This document shows, in pieces, positions 52,960-64,000 of a stretch of 64,000 nt of DNA. The stretch's first letter is position 1. Every line of letters begins with the position of its first letter. Source of the DNA: Bryobacteraceae bacterium (GTDB lineage: Bacteria > Acidobacteriota > Terriglobia > Bryobacterales > Bryobacteraceae); assembly GCA_052144455.1 (NCBI GenBank), contig JBKQQG010000101.1:14717-78716 (forward strand). The letters run 5' to 3'. The translations under genes were made by a program, and so were the position numbers. The notes under the pieces are model-generated. The model saw nothing but the letters and a program-made list of their open reading frames with translations, ran no database searches and was not told where the DNA came from.

Positions 52960-55672
52960 CATCTTGAAGCCCAGAAAACACCCGCTGGACATTTTCTTCG
53001 AGCCGGAGTCGGTAGCCCTGATCGGCGCCACCGAAAACCCGGGCAGCGTCGGGCGCACCGTGCTGTGGAATCTGATCAGTACGCCGTTCGGCGGAACCGT
53101 GTACCCGGTGAACCCCAAGCGCCCCAGCGTCCTGGGCATCCGCGCCTACCCCAGCATCGCCGCGGTCCCCGAGAAGGTCGACCTGGCGGTGGTCGTCACC
53201 CCGGCCAAAACCATTCCGGGCATTATCCGCGAGTGCGTGGACGCCGGCGTGGGCGCGGCCGTCGTCATTTCGGCCGGCTTCAAGGAGACCGGCCCCGAGG
53301 GCCTGCGTTACGAGCAGGATTTGGTCGCCGAAGCCAGGCGCGGCAACATGCGCATCATCGGCCCGAACTGCCTGGGCGTCATGAGCCCCCGCACCGGACT
53401 CAACGCCACCTTCGCCCGTGGCATGGCGCTGCCCGGCAACGTCGGATTCATCAGCCAGAGCGGCGCACTGTGCACCGCCATTTTGGACTGGAGCTTGCGG
53501 GAGCAGGTCGGCTTCAGCTCGTTCCTCTCCATCGGCGCCATGTCGGACGTGGGCTGGGGCGACCTCATCGACTACCTGGGCAACGACCCCCACACGCGCA
53601 GCATCCTGCTCTACATGGAGACCATCGGCGACGCCCGCGCGTTCCTCTCCGCGGCCCGCGAAGTGGCGCTCTCCAAACCCATTCTGGTCATCAAGCCCGG
53701 CCGCAGCGAAGCTGCCGCCAAGGCCGCCGCCTCTCACACCGGCTCCCTCACCGGCAGCGACGAGGTGCTGGATGCCGCCTTCCGTCGCAGCGGCGTGCTG
53801 CGAGTGAACAACATCTCCGAGCTGTTCTACCTGGCCGAAGTGCTGGCCAAGCAGCCCCGCCCGTCCGGCCCGCGTCTGTCCATCGTGGCCAACGCCGGCG
53901 GCCCGGCCGTCCTCGCTACCGACGCTCTGGTCATGAGCGGCTGCGAGGTCCCCGAACTCTCCAAGGAAACCTTCGACGCGCTCAATGCGTTCCTGCCCGC
54001 CGCGTGGAGCCGCAACAACCCCATCGATATCCTCGGCGACGCCGGCCCCGACCGCTACGCCAAGGCGCTCGAGATCGCCGCCAAGGACCCCAACGCCGAC
54101 GGCCTGCTGGTCATCCTGACTCCACAGGCCATGACCGATCCCACCAAGACCGCCGAGCAACTCCGGCCCTACGCCCAAATCGAGGGCAAGCCGGTGCTCG
54201 CCAGTTGGATGGGCGGCGCCGAGGTCGCCGCCGGCGAGGAGGTCCTGAACCGCGCGGGAATTCCGACCTTCCCCTATCCCGACACAGCCTCCCGCATCTT
54301 CAACTACATGTGGCGCTTCAGCGACAACCTGCGTGGCCTCTACGAGACTCCCATGGCCGCCGCCACCGAGGAAGCCGAAGCCGATCGCGCCCGCGCCGAC
54401 GCCATCATCCAGACCGCGCGCCATGCCGGCCGCACCATCCTCACCGAGTTCGAGTCCAAGCAACTCCTGGCCACCTACGGCATTCCCATCGTCGAGACCC
54501 GCATTGCAACCAGCGAGGACGATGCCGTAAAGAGCGCCGCCGAGATCGGCTATCCCATCGTCCTGAAGCTGTACTCCGAGACCATCACCCACAAGACCGA
54601 CGTGGGCGGCGTGCAGCTCAACCTGCGCGACGAAGCCGCCGTCCGCGCGGCCTACAAAGCCATCCAGGCCTCGGTCGCCGCCAAGGTCGGCAGCCAGCAT
54701 TTCCAGGGCGTCACCGTGCAGCCCATGATCAAGCTGTTCGGCTACGAACTCATCATTGGCTCCAGCATCGACCCGCAGTTCGGCCCCGTGCTGCTGTTCG
54801 GCATGGGCGGCCAGCTCGTCGAAGTCTTCAAGGACCGCGCCCTGGCCTTGCCCCCGCTCAACTCCACCCTGGCCCGCAGCATGATGCAGGCCACCAAAAT
54901 CTACACCGCGCTCAAGGGCGTTCGCGGCCGCAAGTCCATCGACCTGGCCGAGCTCGATCAATTGCTGGTGCGCTTCAGCCAGCTCGTGGTCGAGCAGCCG
55001 TGGATCAAGGAGATCGACATCAACCCGCTGCTTGCTTCCCCAGAGCGCCTGATCGCCCTGGATGCCCGCGTGGTGGTGCATGGCCTGGACGTTCCCCAGG
55101 AGAAATTGCCGCGCCTGGCCATCCGTCCCTACCCCACCCGCTACGTGGCCCCTTGGACCGCCAAGGACGGCACCGACGTCCTGATCCGTCCCATTCGTCC
55201 CGAGGACGAGCCGCAGCTAGTCAAGTTCCATGAGACGCTCTCCGAGCGCTCCGTTTACCAGCGCTACCTGCACCTGATGAAGCTCAGCCAGCGCGTGACC
55301 CACGAGCGCCTGACCCGCATCTGCTTCATCGATTACGATCGCGAGATGGCGCTGGTCGCCGAGCACAAGGACCCCGCCAGCGGCGAGAGCCGGGTGATCG
55401 CCGTCGCCCGTCTCAAGAAGGCCCACGGCATTGACGAGGCCGAGTTCGCCATAATCGTTACCGACGATTACCAGGGCCGCGGCTTGGGCTCCGAGCTGTT
55501 GCGGCGTTTGCTGGCGTTGGCCAAGGATGAGAAGGTGGGGCGCATCGTCGGGGACGTACTGCCCGATAACCTGGCGATGCAGCACGTTTGCGAGAAGGCG
55601 GGTTTCCAATTGAGGCGCTCGATCGACGACCCGGTGGTCAAGGTCGAGCTGGACCTGGCAGTTTTGGTGTAA
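52919..55672 (+). CDS. Fused ADP-forming acetyl-CoA synthetase (alpha+beta) / GNAT acetyltransferase (Pat-like), 917 aa
   Basis: CoA-binding ([15 protein letters not shown]), ligase-CoA domain with [12 protein letters not shown]-grasp (E.ESK.LL..YGIP...., [17 protein letters not shown]) and a C-terminal GNAT ([18 protein letters not shown]). Confidence 0.85.
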   Translation: MKKLKNAGGDSAHDILKPRKHPLDIFFEPESVALIGATENPGSVGRTVLWNLISTPFGGTVYPVNPKRPSVLGIRAYPSIAAVPEKVDLAVVVTPAKTIPGIIRECVDAGVGAAVVISAGFKETGPEGLRYEQDLVAEARRGNMRIIGPNCLGVMSPRTGLNATFARGMALPGNVGFISQSGALCTAILDWSLREQVGFSSFLSIGAMSDVGWGDLIDYLGNDPHTRSILLYMETIGDARAFLSAAREVALSKPILVIKPGRSEAAAKAAASHTGSLTGSDEVLDAAFRRSGVLRVNNISELFYLAEVLAKQPRPSGPRLSIVANAGGPAVLATDALVMSGCEVPELSKETFDALNAFLPAAWSRNNPIDILGDAGPDRYAKALEIAAKDPNADGLLVILTPQAMTDPTKTAEQLRPYAQIEGKPVLASWMGGAEVAAGEEVLNRAGIPTFPYPDTASRIFNYMWRFSDNLRGLYETPMAAATEEAEADRARADAIIQTARHAGRTILTEFESKQLLATYGIPIVETRIATSEDDAVKSAAEIGYPIVLKLYSETITHKTDVGGVQLNLRDEAAVRAAYKAIQASVAAKVGSQHFQGVTVQPMIKLFGYELIIGSSIDPQFGPVLLFGMGGQLVEVFKDRALALPPLNSTLARSMMQATKIYTALKGVRGRKSIDLAELDQLLVRFSQLVVEQPWIKEIDINPLLASPERLIALDARVVVHGLDVPQEKLPRLAIRPYPTRYVAPWTAKDGTDVLIRPIRPEDEPQLVKFHETLSERSVYQRYLHLMKLSQRVTHERLTRICFIDYDREMALVAEHKDPASGESRVIAVARLKKAHGIDEAEFAIIVTDDYQGRGLGSELLRRLLALAKDEKVGRIVGDVLPDNLAMQHVCEKAGFQLRRSIDDPVVKVELDLAVLV

Positions 55673-55749
55673 TCCGGCGGTCCGTGGCTCGCCTGCCTCC
55701 TTTTACGGTCTGCGAGCCGCGGGCTTCCCAGTTTCGGGAGGTTTGACCG

Positions 55750-57048
<1,299 letters not shown>

Positions 57049-57063
57049 CCCCCGGCCATTCCC

Positions 57064-57510
57064 GTGCCCTGCCTGATCGTCGCCTGCGGCAACGCGGACC
57101 GGGGCGACGACGCCGCCGGCCCGCTGGTCGCCGATCATCTGCGCGCCCTGGGAATCCCGGTCGAAAAGCGCACCGGCGAGGGCCTGGACCTTCTGGAATC
57201 CTGGAGCGGCGCCGAACGCGTCATAATAGTAGATGCAGTCGTTACAGGGGCTCCGGCGGGGACCATTTCCGTCTGGGACGCGCATCGCGCTCCGGTCGCC
57301 CGCGACCTTTTCCGCGCCTCCACGCACGCCTTCGGAGTGGCCGAAGCCGTGGATCTCGGGCGCGCGCTCGACCGGCTCCCCAAGTCGCTTACGATCTACG
57401 GAATCGAGGCCGCCCAGTTCGAGCATGGTTCGCCGCCCTCGCCGCCGGTTCTCGCCGCTGTTGAAAAACTCGCCTCTCGAATTGCGAAGTCGCTGAAACT
57501 GGAAACATGA
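57064..57510 (+). CDS. Hydrogenase maturation endopeptidase, copy 2
   Basis: LIVACGNADRGDDAAGPLVA....VIIVDAV....G........H.FG pattern. The start is GTG and the gene directly follows the large subunit. Confidence 0.75.
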   Translation: MPCLIVACGNADRGDDAAGPLVADHLRALGIPVEKRTGEGLDLLESWSGAERVIIVDAVVTGAPAGTISVWDAHRAPVARDLFRASTHAFGVAEAVDLGRALDRLPKSLTIYGIEAAQFEHGSPPSPPVLAAVEKLASRIAKSLKLET

Positions 57511-59675
57511 TGGTCGCGGCAACTAGCCTCGAACGCCTCCGCGTCGCCCTCTACGGCGCCGTGCAAGGCGTCGGCTTCCGCCCTTTCGTTTACCGCCTCG
57601 CCACTGAAATGGGATTGCCGGGCAGCGTGCTCAACTCCAGCGCCGGTCTGGTCGTCGAAGTCGAAGGCAGTCGCCCGGATCTCGACGCCTTCCTGGTTCG
57701 CCTCGAACGCGAGAAGCCCGCCGCCGCCCTGGTTCTAGCCCGCGAGACCAGCCTGCTCGCTCCCGCCGGCTATACCCGCTTCGAAATCCTGGAAAGCGAC
57801 CAGGCCGCCGAGAAGACCACCAGCATCCTGCCCGACCTAGCCACCTGTCCACAGTGCCTGGCCGAGTTGTTCGACCCCGCCAATCGCCGCTTCCGCTATC
57901 CGTTCACCAACTGCACCCAGTGCGGCCCGCGCTACTCGATTGTTCTCGATATCCCCTATGACCGCCCGCGCACCACCATGCGCGGCTTCGAGCTGTGCCC
58001 CGATTGTGCTCGCGAGTATGCCGATCCTGCCGATCGCCGCTTCCACGCGCAGCCCAACGCCTGTCCGCGCTGTGGCCCCAAGCTGTCGATGGACCTCGGC
58101 GAAGTGGCCCAGGCCCTGCGCGCGGGCCGCATCGTCGCCCTGAAAGGAATCGGCGGCTTTCAGTTGCTGGTCGATGCCGCCAACCAGGACGCCGTCGCTC
58201 GTCTGCGCCGCCTCAAGCATCGCGAAGAGAAGCCCTTCGCGCTGATGATGCCCAGCCTCGAAATGGTGCGCGACTATTGCCGCGTTTCCCCCGACGAAGC
58301 GGCCGTGTTGCAGTCGCCGGCCGCTCCGGTGGTGCTGCTCGCTCCGCTCGCCAATCCGCGCCTGGCCCCCAATGTCGCGCACAATTCGCCCTGGCTCGGG
58401 GTGATGCTCCCCTACTCGCCTCTTCACCATCTTCTGATGCGCGAGTTCCCGTCCCCGATGGTCGCCACCAGCGGCAACCTCAGCGACGAGCCGATCGCCA
58501 TCGACAACGACGAAGCGCTCCAGCGCCTCTCCGGCATCGCCGACCTCTTCCTGCTGCACGACCGCCCCATCGCGCGCCCCTGCGACGATTCCGTGGTGCG
58601 CGTCGCGCGCGGCCGCGAGAGCGTCCTGCGCCGGGCACGCGGCTATGCGCCTCTGCCCGTCCGCGCGGCGCGCGAATTGCCTCCCGTGCTGGCCGTCGGC
58701 GCGCATCTCAAGAACGCCGTCGCCATCGCCGTCGGCCGCCAGGTCTTCTTGAGCCAGCATGTGGGCGACCTCGACACCTTGGAATCGCGCGCCGCCTTCG
58801 AGAGAGCGATTGCCGACCTCTGCCGCCTGTACCGTTTCCAGCCCGAAATGGTGGCCTGCGACCTGCACCCCGACTACGCCTCCACCCGCTGGGCGCTCGC
58901 CTCCGGACTGCCGCTCGTCAAGGTGCAGCACCACCACGCCCACGTCGCCGCCTGCGCCGCCGAAAACGATGTCGCCCCTCCCTATCTCGGCGTGGCCTGG
59001 GATGGCACGGGCTACGGACTCGACGGCGCCATCTGGGGCGGGGAGTTTTTCTACGTCGAGGGCGGGCGCTTCGAGCGCATCGCGCATCTGCGCCCCTTCC
59101 GCCTGCCCGGTGGAGAGGCCGCCATTCGCGAAGGCTGGCGCGCGGCATCGAGTCTGCTCTTCGAAACCGCGGGTCCCGGCGCCATCCCCGATCCCCGCAT
59201 CCGCCGCATGTTGGAGCGCGGCCTCAATGCGCCGCCGACCACCAGCGTCGGCCGCCTCTTCGACGCCGTTTCCTCCATCGCCGGCATCGCCCAACAGAGC
59301 CGCTTCGAAGGGCAAGCCGCCATGCTGCTCGAGCGCTCCATCGACGGCCTGGATACCGCCGATTGCTATCCGCTGCCGGATGGCGATTGGGCGCCGCTCA
59401 TCGCCGCCCTGCGCGGAGACGTCAAGACCGGTATCCCCCGCAGCGTCGTCGCCGCCCGTTTCCACAACGCGCTCGCGCACTGGATTCTGGCCGTGGCCCA
59501 GCGCTCCGGCCTGCGTCAAATCGTCCTCAGCGGCGGCGTATTTCAGAACAGCTATTTGGTGGAGCGCGCCGCGGCGTTGCTCGAACAGCGCGGCTGCCGC
59601 GCCTACACGCATCAGCGCGTCCCACCCAACGACGGCGGTATCGCCCTCGGTCAAGCCGTGCTGGCAGGAGGTTAA
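57507..59675 (+). CDS. hypF: Carbamoyltransferase HypF
   Basis: Acylphosphatase-like VQGVGFRPFVYRLA, two Zn-finger pairs (CPQC...CTQCGPRYS; CPDC...CPRCGP), a YrdC-like domain (KGIGGFQLL, KHREEKPFALM) and a Kae1-like C-terminus. Confidence 0.9.
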   Translation: MMVAATSLERLRVALYGAVQGVGFRPFVYRLATEMGLPGSVLNSSAGLVVEVEGSRPDLDAFLVRLEREKPAAALVLARETSLLAPAGYTRFEILESDQAAEKTTSILPDLATCPQCLAELFDPANRRFRYPFTNCTQCGPRYSIVLDIPYDRPRTTMRGFELCPDCAREYADPADRRFHAQPNACPRCGPKLSMDLGEVAQALRAGRIVALKGIGGFQLLVDAANQDAVARLRRLKHREEKPFALMMPSLEMVRDYCRVSPDEAAVLQSPAAPVVLLAPLANPRLAPNVAHNSPWLGVMLPYSPLHHLLMREFPSPMVATSGNLSDEPIAIDNDEALQRLSGIADLFLLHDRPIARPCDDSVVRVARGRESVLRRARGYAPLPVRAARELPPVLAVGAHLKNAVAIAVGRQVFLSQHVGDLDTLESRAAFERAIADLCRLYRFQPEMVACDLHPDYASTRWALASGLPLVKVQHHHAHVAACAAENDVAPPYLGVAWDGTGYGLDGAIWGGEFFYVEGGRFERIAHLRPFRLPGGEAAIREGWRAASSLLFETAGPGAIPDPRIRRMLERGLNAPPTTSVGRLFDAVSSIAGIAQQSRFEGQAAMLLERSIDGLDTADCYPLPDGDWAPLIAALRGDVKTGIPRSVVAARFHNALAHWILAVAQRSGLRQIVLSGGVFQNSYLVERAAALLEQRGCRAYTHQRVPPNDGGIALGQAVLAGG

Positions 59676-59677
59676 CC

Positions 59678-59935
59678 ATGTGTCTGGCCGTACCCGGTAA
59701 AATCGTCGACATCCTCGCGGACCCCGACCCCGCCCTGCGCCGCGCCAGCGTCGACTTCGGCGGCGTCCGCAAAGAGGTCTCGCTGGCCTTCACGCCCGAG
59801 GCCGTCATCGGCGACTACGTCCTGGTCCACGTCGGCTTCGCCCTCAACGTGGTCGACCCTGCCGAAGCTCAGAAGATCCTCGAGTACCTCAAGCAGATGG
59901 ACGATCTCGCCGAACTCCAGGAGGGCCCCGCGTGA
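59678..59935 (+). CDS. hypC: Hydrogenase assembly chaperone HypC
   Basis: [11 protein letters not shown]-terminus (essential Cys2). 85 aa. Confidence 0.9.
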   Translation: MCLAVPGKIVDILADPDPALRRASVDFGGVRKEVSLAFTPEAVIGDYVLVHVGFALNVVDPAEAQKILEYLKQMDDLAELQEGPA

Positions 59936-61032
59936 AGTTCCTCGACGAGTACCGCGAAGGCGCTCCTGTCGCCCTGCTCGCGCGCGAGATCCGGCGCATC
60001 ATCCACCATCCCTGGACCATCATGGAGATCTGTGGCGGCCAGACCCACACTATTCTCAAGAGCGGCCTCGAGGATCTGCTGCCGCCCCAGGTCACCCTGG
60101 TTCACGGCCCCGGCTGCCCGGTTTGCGTGACCCCCATCGAGCTGATCGACAAAGCGGTCGAGATCGCCGCGCGTCCCGAAGCCATCCTGTGCTCCTTTGG
60201 CGATATGTTGCGCGTCCCCGGTTCCACGCGCAGCCTGCTGGACTCGAAGGCCGCCGGCGGCGACGTCCGCATCGTCTATTCGCCGCTGGACGCCCTGAAG
60301 GTCGCGCGCGCGAATCCCCAGCGCCAGGTGGTGTTCTTCGCCGTGGGCTTCGAGACCACCGCGCCCGCCAACGCCATGTCCGTCTGGCAGGCCGCCCAGC
60401 AGGGGCTTGAGAATTTCTCGCTGCTGGTGGCGCACGTGCTCGTCCCGCCCGCCATCGAGGCCATTCTAAGCGCCCCCCACTGCCGCGTCCAGGCCTTTCT
60501 CGCGCCCGGCCATGTCTGTACGGTCATGGGCTATCACGAGTACGAACCCCTGGCCCAGCGCTACCACGTGCCCATCGTCGTCACCGGTTTCGAGCCGCTG
60601 GATCTGCTGGAGGGTATCCGCCTGGCGGTCGCGCAATTGGAAGACGGCCGCGCCGTGGTCGAGAACCAGTACAGCCGTGCCGTCACCCGCGCCGGCAACC
60701 AGCCCGCCCAGCAGCGCGTCGCCGAGATCTTCGAAGTCGCCAACCGCCAGTGGCGCGGCATCGGCGAGATTCCATTGAGCGGCCTGCGCCTGCGCGAGCC
60801 CTATCGCCGCTTCGACGCCGAAGAGCGCTTCGGATTGCGCGCCGCCGGCGCACGCGAGTCCGCCGATTGCATCAGCGGCCTGGTTCTGCAAGGTCTCAAG
60901 AAGCCCGTCGAGTGCCCGGCCTTCGGCGTCCAATGCACGCCCGAGCGGCCCCTGGGCGCCCCTATGGTCTCCTCCGAGGGCGCCTGCGCCGCCTACTACC
61001 ACTTTGGGAGACGCCCACATGCTGGAGCTTAA
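59932..61032 (+). CDS. hypD: Hydrogenase formation protein HypD
   Basis: [36 protein letters not shown] and PGHV motifs. Confidence 0.9.
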   Translation: MKFLDEYREGAPVALLAREIRRIIHHPWTIMEICGGQTHTILKSGLEDLLPPQVTLVHGPGCPVCVTPIELIDKAVEIAARPEAILCSFGDMLRVPGSTRSLLDSKAAGGDVRIVYSPLDALKVARANPQRQVVFFAVGFETTAPANAMSVWQAAQQGLENFSLLVAHVLVPPAIEAILSAPHCRVQAFLAPGHVCTVMGYHEYEPLAQRYHVPIVVTGFEPLDLLEGIRLAVAQLEDGRAVVENQYSRAVTRAGNQPAQQRVAEIFEVANRQWRGIGEIPLSGLRLREPYRRFDAEERFGLRAAGARESADCISGLVLQGLKKPVECPAFGVQCTPERPLGAPMVSSEGACAAYYHFGRRPHAGA

Positions 61033-62065
61033 TTTCACCTGCCCGGTCCCCCTCCCCGCCGGCGACCGCATTCTGCTGGCCCATGGCGGTGGCGGCACGC
61101 TCATGAATCAGTTAATCGAGCGCGTCTTCCTCCCCGCCTTCTCGAATCCCGCGCTCGAAGCCCGCCACGACGGCGCGATTCTGAACGTCGGAGGCGCGCG
61201 CCTGGCCTTCACCACCGATTCCTATGTCGTGCAGCCGCTCGTTTTCCCCGGCGGCAATATCGGCGACCTGGCCGTCAACGGCACGGTCAACGACCTAGCC
61301 ATGTGCGGAGCCCGTCCGCTCTATCTCAGCACCGGCTTCATTCTCGAGGAAGGGCTGCCCATCGAAACCCTGCGCCTGGTCGTCGAATCCATGCGCTTGG
61401 CGACCGCGAGCGCCGGAGTCTCGCTGGTCACCGGCGACACCAAGGTTGTCGACAAAGGCAAGGCCGACGGCATCTTCATCAACACCGCCGGCATCGGCGT
61501 GCTCGATCATGCGCTCGCTATAGGACCGCAGTCGGTTTGCCCCGGCGACGCCGTGATCGTCAGCGGCGACCTCGGCGCGCACGGCATCGCCATCCTCTCC
61601 GTGCGCGAAGGCCTCGAATTCGACGCCCCCATCGTGAGCGACACCGCTCCGCTCTGGGCGCCGGTCGAAGCGCTGCTCGCCGCAGGCCTCGAGATCCACT
61701 GCCTGCGCGATCTCACGCGCGGCGGCCTGGCTTCCACGCTCAATGAAATCGCCACCGCACGCGGTGTTGGCATTCGCATTCGGGAGGCCAGCCTCCCGGT
61801 CGAGGAAGTAGTGCGCGGAGCCTGCGAGATCCTGGGCCTCGACCCGCTCTACGTCGCCAACGAAGGCCGATTCGCTATCTTCCTCCCCGCCGCCCAGGCC
61901 GCCCAAGCCCTCGGAATCCTCTCCGCCTTCCCGGTCTGCAGCCGCGCCGCCCTGGCCGGCGAAGTCTCCGCCGCCGACCCCGGCCTCGTCGTCCTCGCCA
62001 GCCGAATCGGAGGCAACCGCGTCGTGGACATGCTGAGCGGAGAGCAACTGCCCAGGATTTGCTGA
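61019..62065 (+). CDS. hypE: Hydrogenase expression/formation protein HypE
   Basis: AIR-synthase-like fold ([20 protein letters not shown]) and C-terminal ...LPRIC (the carbamoylated/cyanated Cys). Confidence 0.9.
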   Translation: MLELNFTCPVPLPAGDRILLAHGGGGTLMNQLIERVFLPAFSNPALEARHDGAILNVGGARLAFTTDSYVVQPLVFPGGNIGDLAVNGTVNDLAMCGARPLYLSTGFILEEGLPIETLRLVVESMRLATASAGVSLVTGDTKVVDKGKADGIFINTAGIGVLDHALAIGPQSVCPGDAVIVSGDLGAHGIAILSVREGLEFDAPIVSDTAPLWAPVEALLAAGLEIHCLRDLTRGGLASTLNEIATARGVGIRIREASLPVEEVVRGACEILGLDPLYVANEGRFAIFLPAAQAAQALGILSAFPVCSRAALAGEVSAADPGLVVLASRIGGNRVVDMLSGEQLPRIC

Positions 62066-62066
62066 G

Positions 62067-62393
62067 CTACGCGCCCGCCGCCGGTTCCACCACCGCCGCC
62101 ATCGACCCCTTGGACTCCGCCATCCGCCAGTCCGGCCCGTAGCTTTGGATCTGGTCGCGCGCGAATTCCGCCTGCGGCAGCTCGCAGGTGATCACCATGG
62201 TCCGGCCCGTCGAATCCACCTCGACCGCATGCCGGAAAGCATCCACCGTGGACATCAGGAACAGACTCTGCAGCATCTCGATGACGTAGTCGTAGGTGTG
62301 TACGTTGTCGTCCAGCAGCACGACCTGGTACAGAGGAACCAGTTCGTCCCGGTTCACGACTTGCGCTTCCGGATCAATCTGCGTGCCAGCCAT
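62067..62393 (-). CDS. clpS: ATP-dependent Clp protease adaptor ClpS
   Basis: PLYQVVLLDDNVHTYDYVIEMLQSLF......A...A.EVD..G...V is the ClpS core. The start is taken at MAGTQ (62393); the longer ORF to 62750 overlaps the next gene. Confidence 0.85.
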   Translation of the reverse strand: MAGTQIDPEAQVVNRDELVPLYQVVLLDDNVHTYDYVIEMLQSLFLMSTVDAFRHAVEVDSTGRTMVITCELPQAEFARDQIQSYGPDWRMAESKGSMAAVVEPAAGA

Positions 62394-62398
62394 GCTCG

Positions 62399-63559
62399 CT
62401 ACGTTTTCTCCAGAGTCCGGTAAGTGCTCGCCACGTTTTCCTTGACGCCGTCGGAGAGAACTTGGGTCGGCGTTGTGCCCGGCGCTACCCCGGCGTAGCG
62501 CAGCAGCGAATCCGAGACGAACTCCCCGTATCCTCCGAGCTGGAGCGACATCAGCGTGGCCGGAGTTATGGTCCGCTGCAACTCCTCGACGCCACGCCGC
62601 TCGCGCTTGCCCGTCTCGATCGCGGCCACCAGTTCTTCGATGTAGCCCGTCATCTGCCCCATCCTGGCCCGCCCATGCTGCACCGCCCCGTGGCCGCCAA
62701 CGATGTGCTCGAACTCGAACTCGCCCACCGAATTCAGCGTGCGCGCCCACTCCCGCGGGTAGCCGTCGCCCACGTAAGGCAGGAATCCGTGCGCCAGGTC
62801 GCCGCTCGCGATCGTCTTCTTCTGCGGGCAGAACACCACAATGTCGCCCGCCGTGTGCCCCCGCCCTCGGAACGCCAGGTGCAGATCGTGCGCCTTGTCG
62901 TGCAGCACCAGGTTGTCCTGAAAGGTGATGTCCGGCAGTTCGATCGAGTAGTCCCGCATCTCGCTCATGAAGGCCCGCGTCTGCGAGATCCGGCGTTCGT
63001 AGTACGCCTTCTCTTCCGGCGTCTTCGCCGCCGCCAGTTTTGCCCGGTTGTCCTCGATGGCTTTCGGCATCCTCTCCAACATGCCCTTCAGATTGCCCGG
63101 GTCCAGCTCCGCGATCAACTTCCGGGTCACCGTGCTGGATACGATCTCGGCCTGCGGCGCAATCCGCCTGTACTCCGGGTTGCCCAGCACGTGGTCCGTG
63201 TGGAAATGCGTGTTCACCACGTAACGTATGGGTTTGACCGTGACCTCGCGTCGAATCTGCGCGACCAGCGCCGCCACCGCCGAAGGACTCGAGTGCGTAT
63301 CCACAATCATCAGGTCGTTCGCATTCTCGAAGATCGCGGCGTTGCAGTTGATCGGGGCCGCCGGGTGAGCCACCGCGGCAAAAACGCCCTCCGCCACCTT
63401 CTCGATGTCGAACCAGACGGCGCTTTCCGTAACCGATTGTGCACGCGCCTGCGCGGCCCGCAGCACCGCCTGTTGCAGAACGGACGCTCCCAGAAAACTC
63501 GCGCCCAGCGTCTGCGCAAAAAAGTCCCGCCTGGAATGCAGATGCATCGCAACCTCCAA
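62399..63559 (-). CDS. MBL-fold metallo-hydrolase with a Tat signal
   Basis: SRRDFFAQTLGASFLGASVL twin-arginine motif, and NTHFHTDHVLGN (HxHxDH). Confidence 0.75.
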   Translation of the reverse strand: MEVAMHLHSRRDFFAQTLGASFLGASVLQQAVLRAAQARAQSVTESAVWFDIEKVAEGVFAAVAHPAAPINCNAAIFENANDLMIVDTHSSPSAVAALVAQIRREVTVKPIRYVVNTHFHTDHVLGNPEYRRIAPQAEIVSSTVTRKLIAELDPGNLKGMLERMPKAIEDNRAKLAAAKTPEEKAYYERRISQTRAFMSEMRDYSIELPDITFQDNLVLHDKAHDLHLAFRGRGHTAGDIVVFCPQKKTIASGDLAHGFLPYVGDGYPREWARTLNSVGEFEFEHIVGGHGAVQHGRARMGQMTGYIEELVAAIETGKRERRGVEELQRTITPATLMSLQLGGYGEFVSDSLLRYAGVAPGTTPTQVLSDGVKENVASTYRTLEKT

Positions 63560-63590
63560 TGTTTCGATCCTACAGCATTCCGGAGCGGGA

Positions 63591-64000
63591 CTAGAAGCTC
63601 CGCACGCCGAGCGCCAGCAGGTCGTCCACCCGCATGGTCTCCTTGGTCACGAACGGCTCCCCGTATTTCGCGCCGATGAGGTTGCCGTAGAAGCGCGCGA
63701 TGGCGCCCAACCGCTCGCGGATCTCCGTCTCGCCCGGGAACAGGTCCGAGCCGTCCCCTCCCCCGTATTGCGATTGGTAGCTCATCAGCGCCGCCATACG
63801 CCGGTCGAACTGCGCCGATATATCCACCACGAACGAAGGCGTCACGTTGGCGTACAGCGACGAGTACACCACTTTGAATGGCCGGTGCGGCGCCGTGGAT
63901 TCGTCGAGCTTCTTCAATCCGGCCAGGAAGCAGGCCTCGTACCCAATCTCTCCCGCGCGGTAATGGTCCGGGTGGCGCGCTTCCCAATATGGCAAAATCA
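63591..64000 (-). CDS. PIG-L/LmbE family deacetylase (BshB1-like), 3' part. The gene continues past the window end.
   Basis: ...YWEARHPDHYRAGEIGYEACFLAGL...FKVVYSSLY... is typical of LmbE-like N-acetylglucosaminyl deacetylases. The frame is open to base 64000. Confidence 0.6.
   Translation of the reverse strand, partial: ILPYWEARHPDHYRAGEIGYEACFLAGLKKLDESTAPHRPFKVVYSSLYANVTPSFVVDISAQFDRRMAALMSYQSQYGGGDGSDLFPGETEIRERLGAIARFYGNLIGAKYGEPFVTKETMRVDDLLALGVRSF

Noticed and set aside
52736-55081. 781-aa minus-strand ORF antisense to the ACS/GNAT gene. The same applies to 30164..32401, 11702..13144, 17667..19145, 20777..22003, 27433..29076, 35798..37222, 37400..38596, 39981..41405, 47486..49000, 49206..50240, 50746..51849, 51515..52441, 55468..56586, 56641..57522 and 57837..59654.
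   Set aside because: All are antisense or alternative-frame ORFs over genes with strong family signatures. Stop-codon depletion in GC-rich DNA explains their length, and none shows a recognisable domain.
62394-62750. Long N-terminal extension of the clpS ORF (227-aa version)
   Set aside because: It overlaps the 3' part of the MBL hydrolase gene in another frame, and the ClpS core starts at MAGTQ. The extension is Arg/Gly/Ala-rich with no motif.

Overview
This is a high-GC (about 65% by eye) bacterial chromosomal segment with roughly 60 protein-coding genes. I recognised no rRNA, tRNA or CRISPR array. The gene content points to Acidobacteriota of the Solibacter/Bryobacter type, which is an inference: a TIGR03436-type VWA protein, two proteins with TIGR03437-type 'Solibacter C-terminal' domains, and a CarboxypepD_reg-fused TonB-type barrel. 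In order, the window holds:
- an MFS transporter 3' part and secreted hypotheticals;
- a methyltransferase/YraN/GalT-like operon;
- a small degraded mobile or defence islet (vapBC, a serine-recombinase remnant, an HNH endonuclease with N-terminal repeats);
- a class-III aminotransferase, a YkgJ protein and a TIGR03437 protein;
- a short flagellar block (flgB-flgC-fliE-fliF) followed directly by cheW;
- a classical galT;
- a 4-gene envelope operon (TonB-type barrel, VWA protein, two tandem paralogs);
- GH8, hutH and two tandem secreted paralogs;
- a UvrC-like half protein, a TPR protein, yvcK, glmU and truB;
- an NHL/TIGR03437 protein and a GH99-like protein;
- a complete isc operon (iscRSUA-hscBA-iscX);
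- an ORF6N gene, rpmI-rplT, zapB-like/zapA, lptD, an RDD protein and pgi;
- a 12.9 kb, 12-gene [NiFe]-hydrogenase plus hyp operon;
- clpS, an MBL hydrolase and a partial PIG-L deacetylase.

The most interesting candidate is the hydrogenase operon. It is group 3b-like (AsrA-like beta, AsrB-like gamma, small and large subunits). Its structural genes are interrupted by a stand-alone cNMP-binding-domain protein and by a 917-aa ACS(ADP-forming)/GNAT (Pat-like) gene. It also carries two maturation endopeptidases and a candidate sigma54 promoter. Second-tier candidates:
- the barrel/VWA/paralog operon, with shared Gly-Met-Pro low-complexity tracts;
- a 27-nt palindrome present both inside and just downstream of the ORF6N gene;
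- the HNH/recombinase-remnant islet.

All functional calls rest on motif recognition by eye from the translated ORFs. No database search was run.
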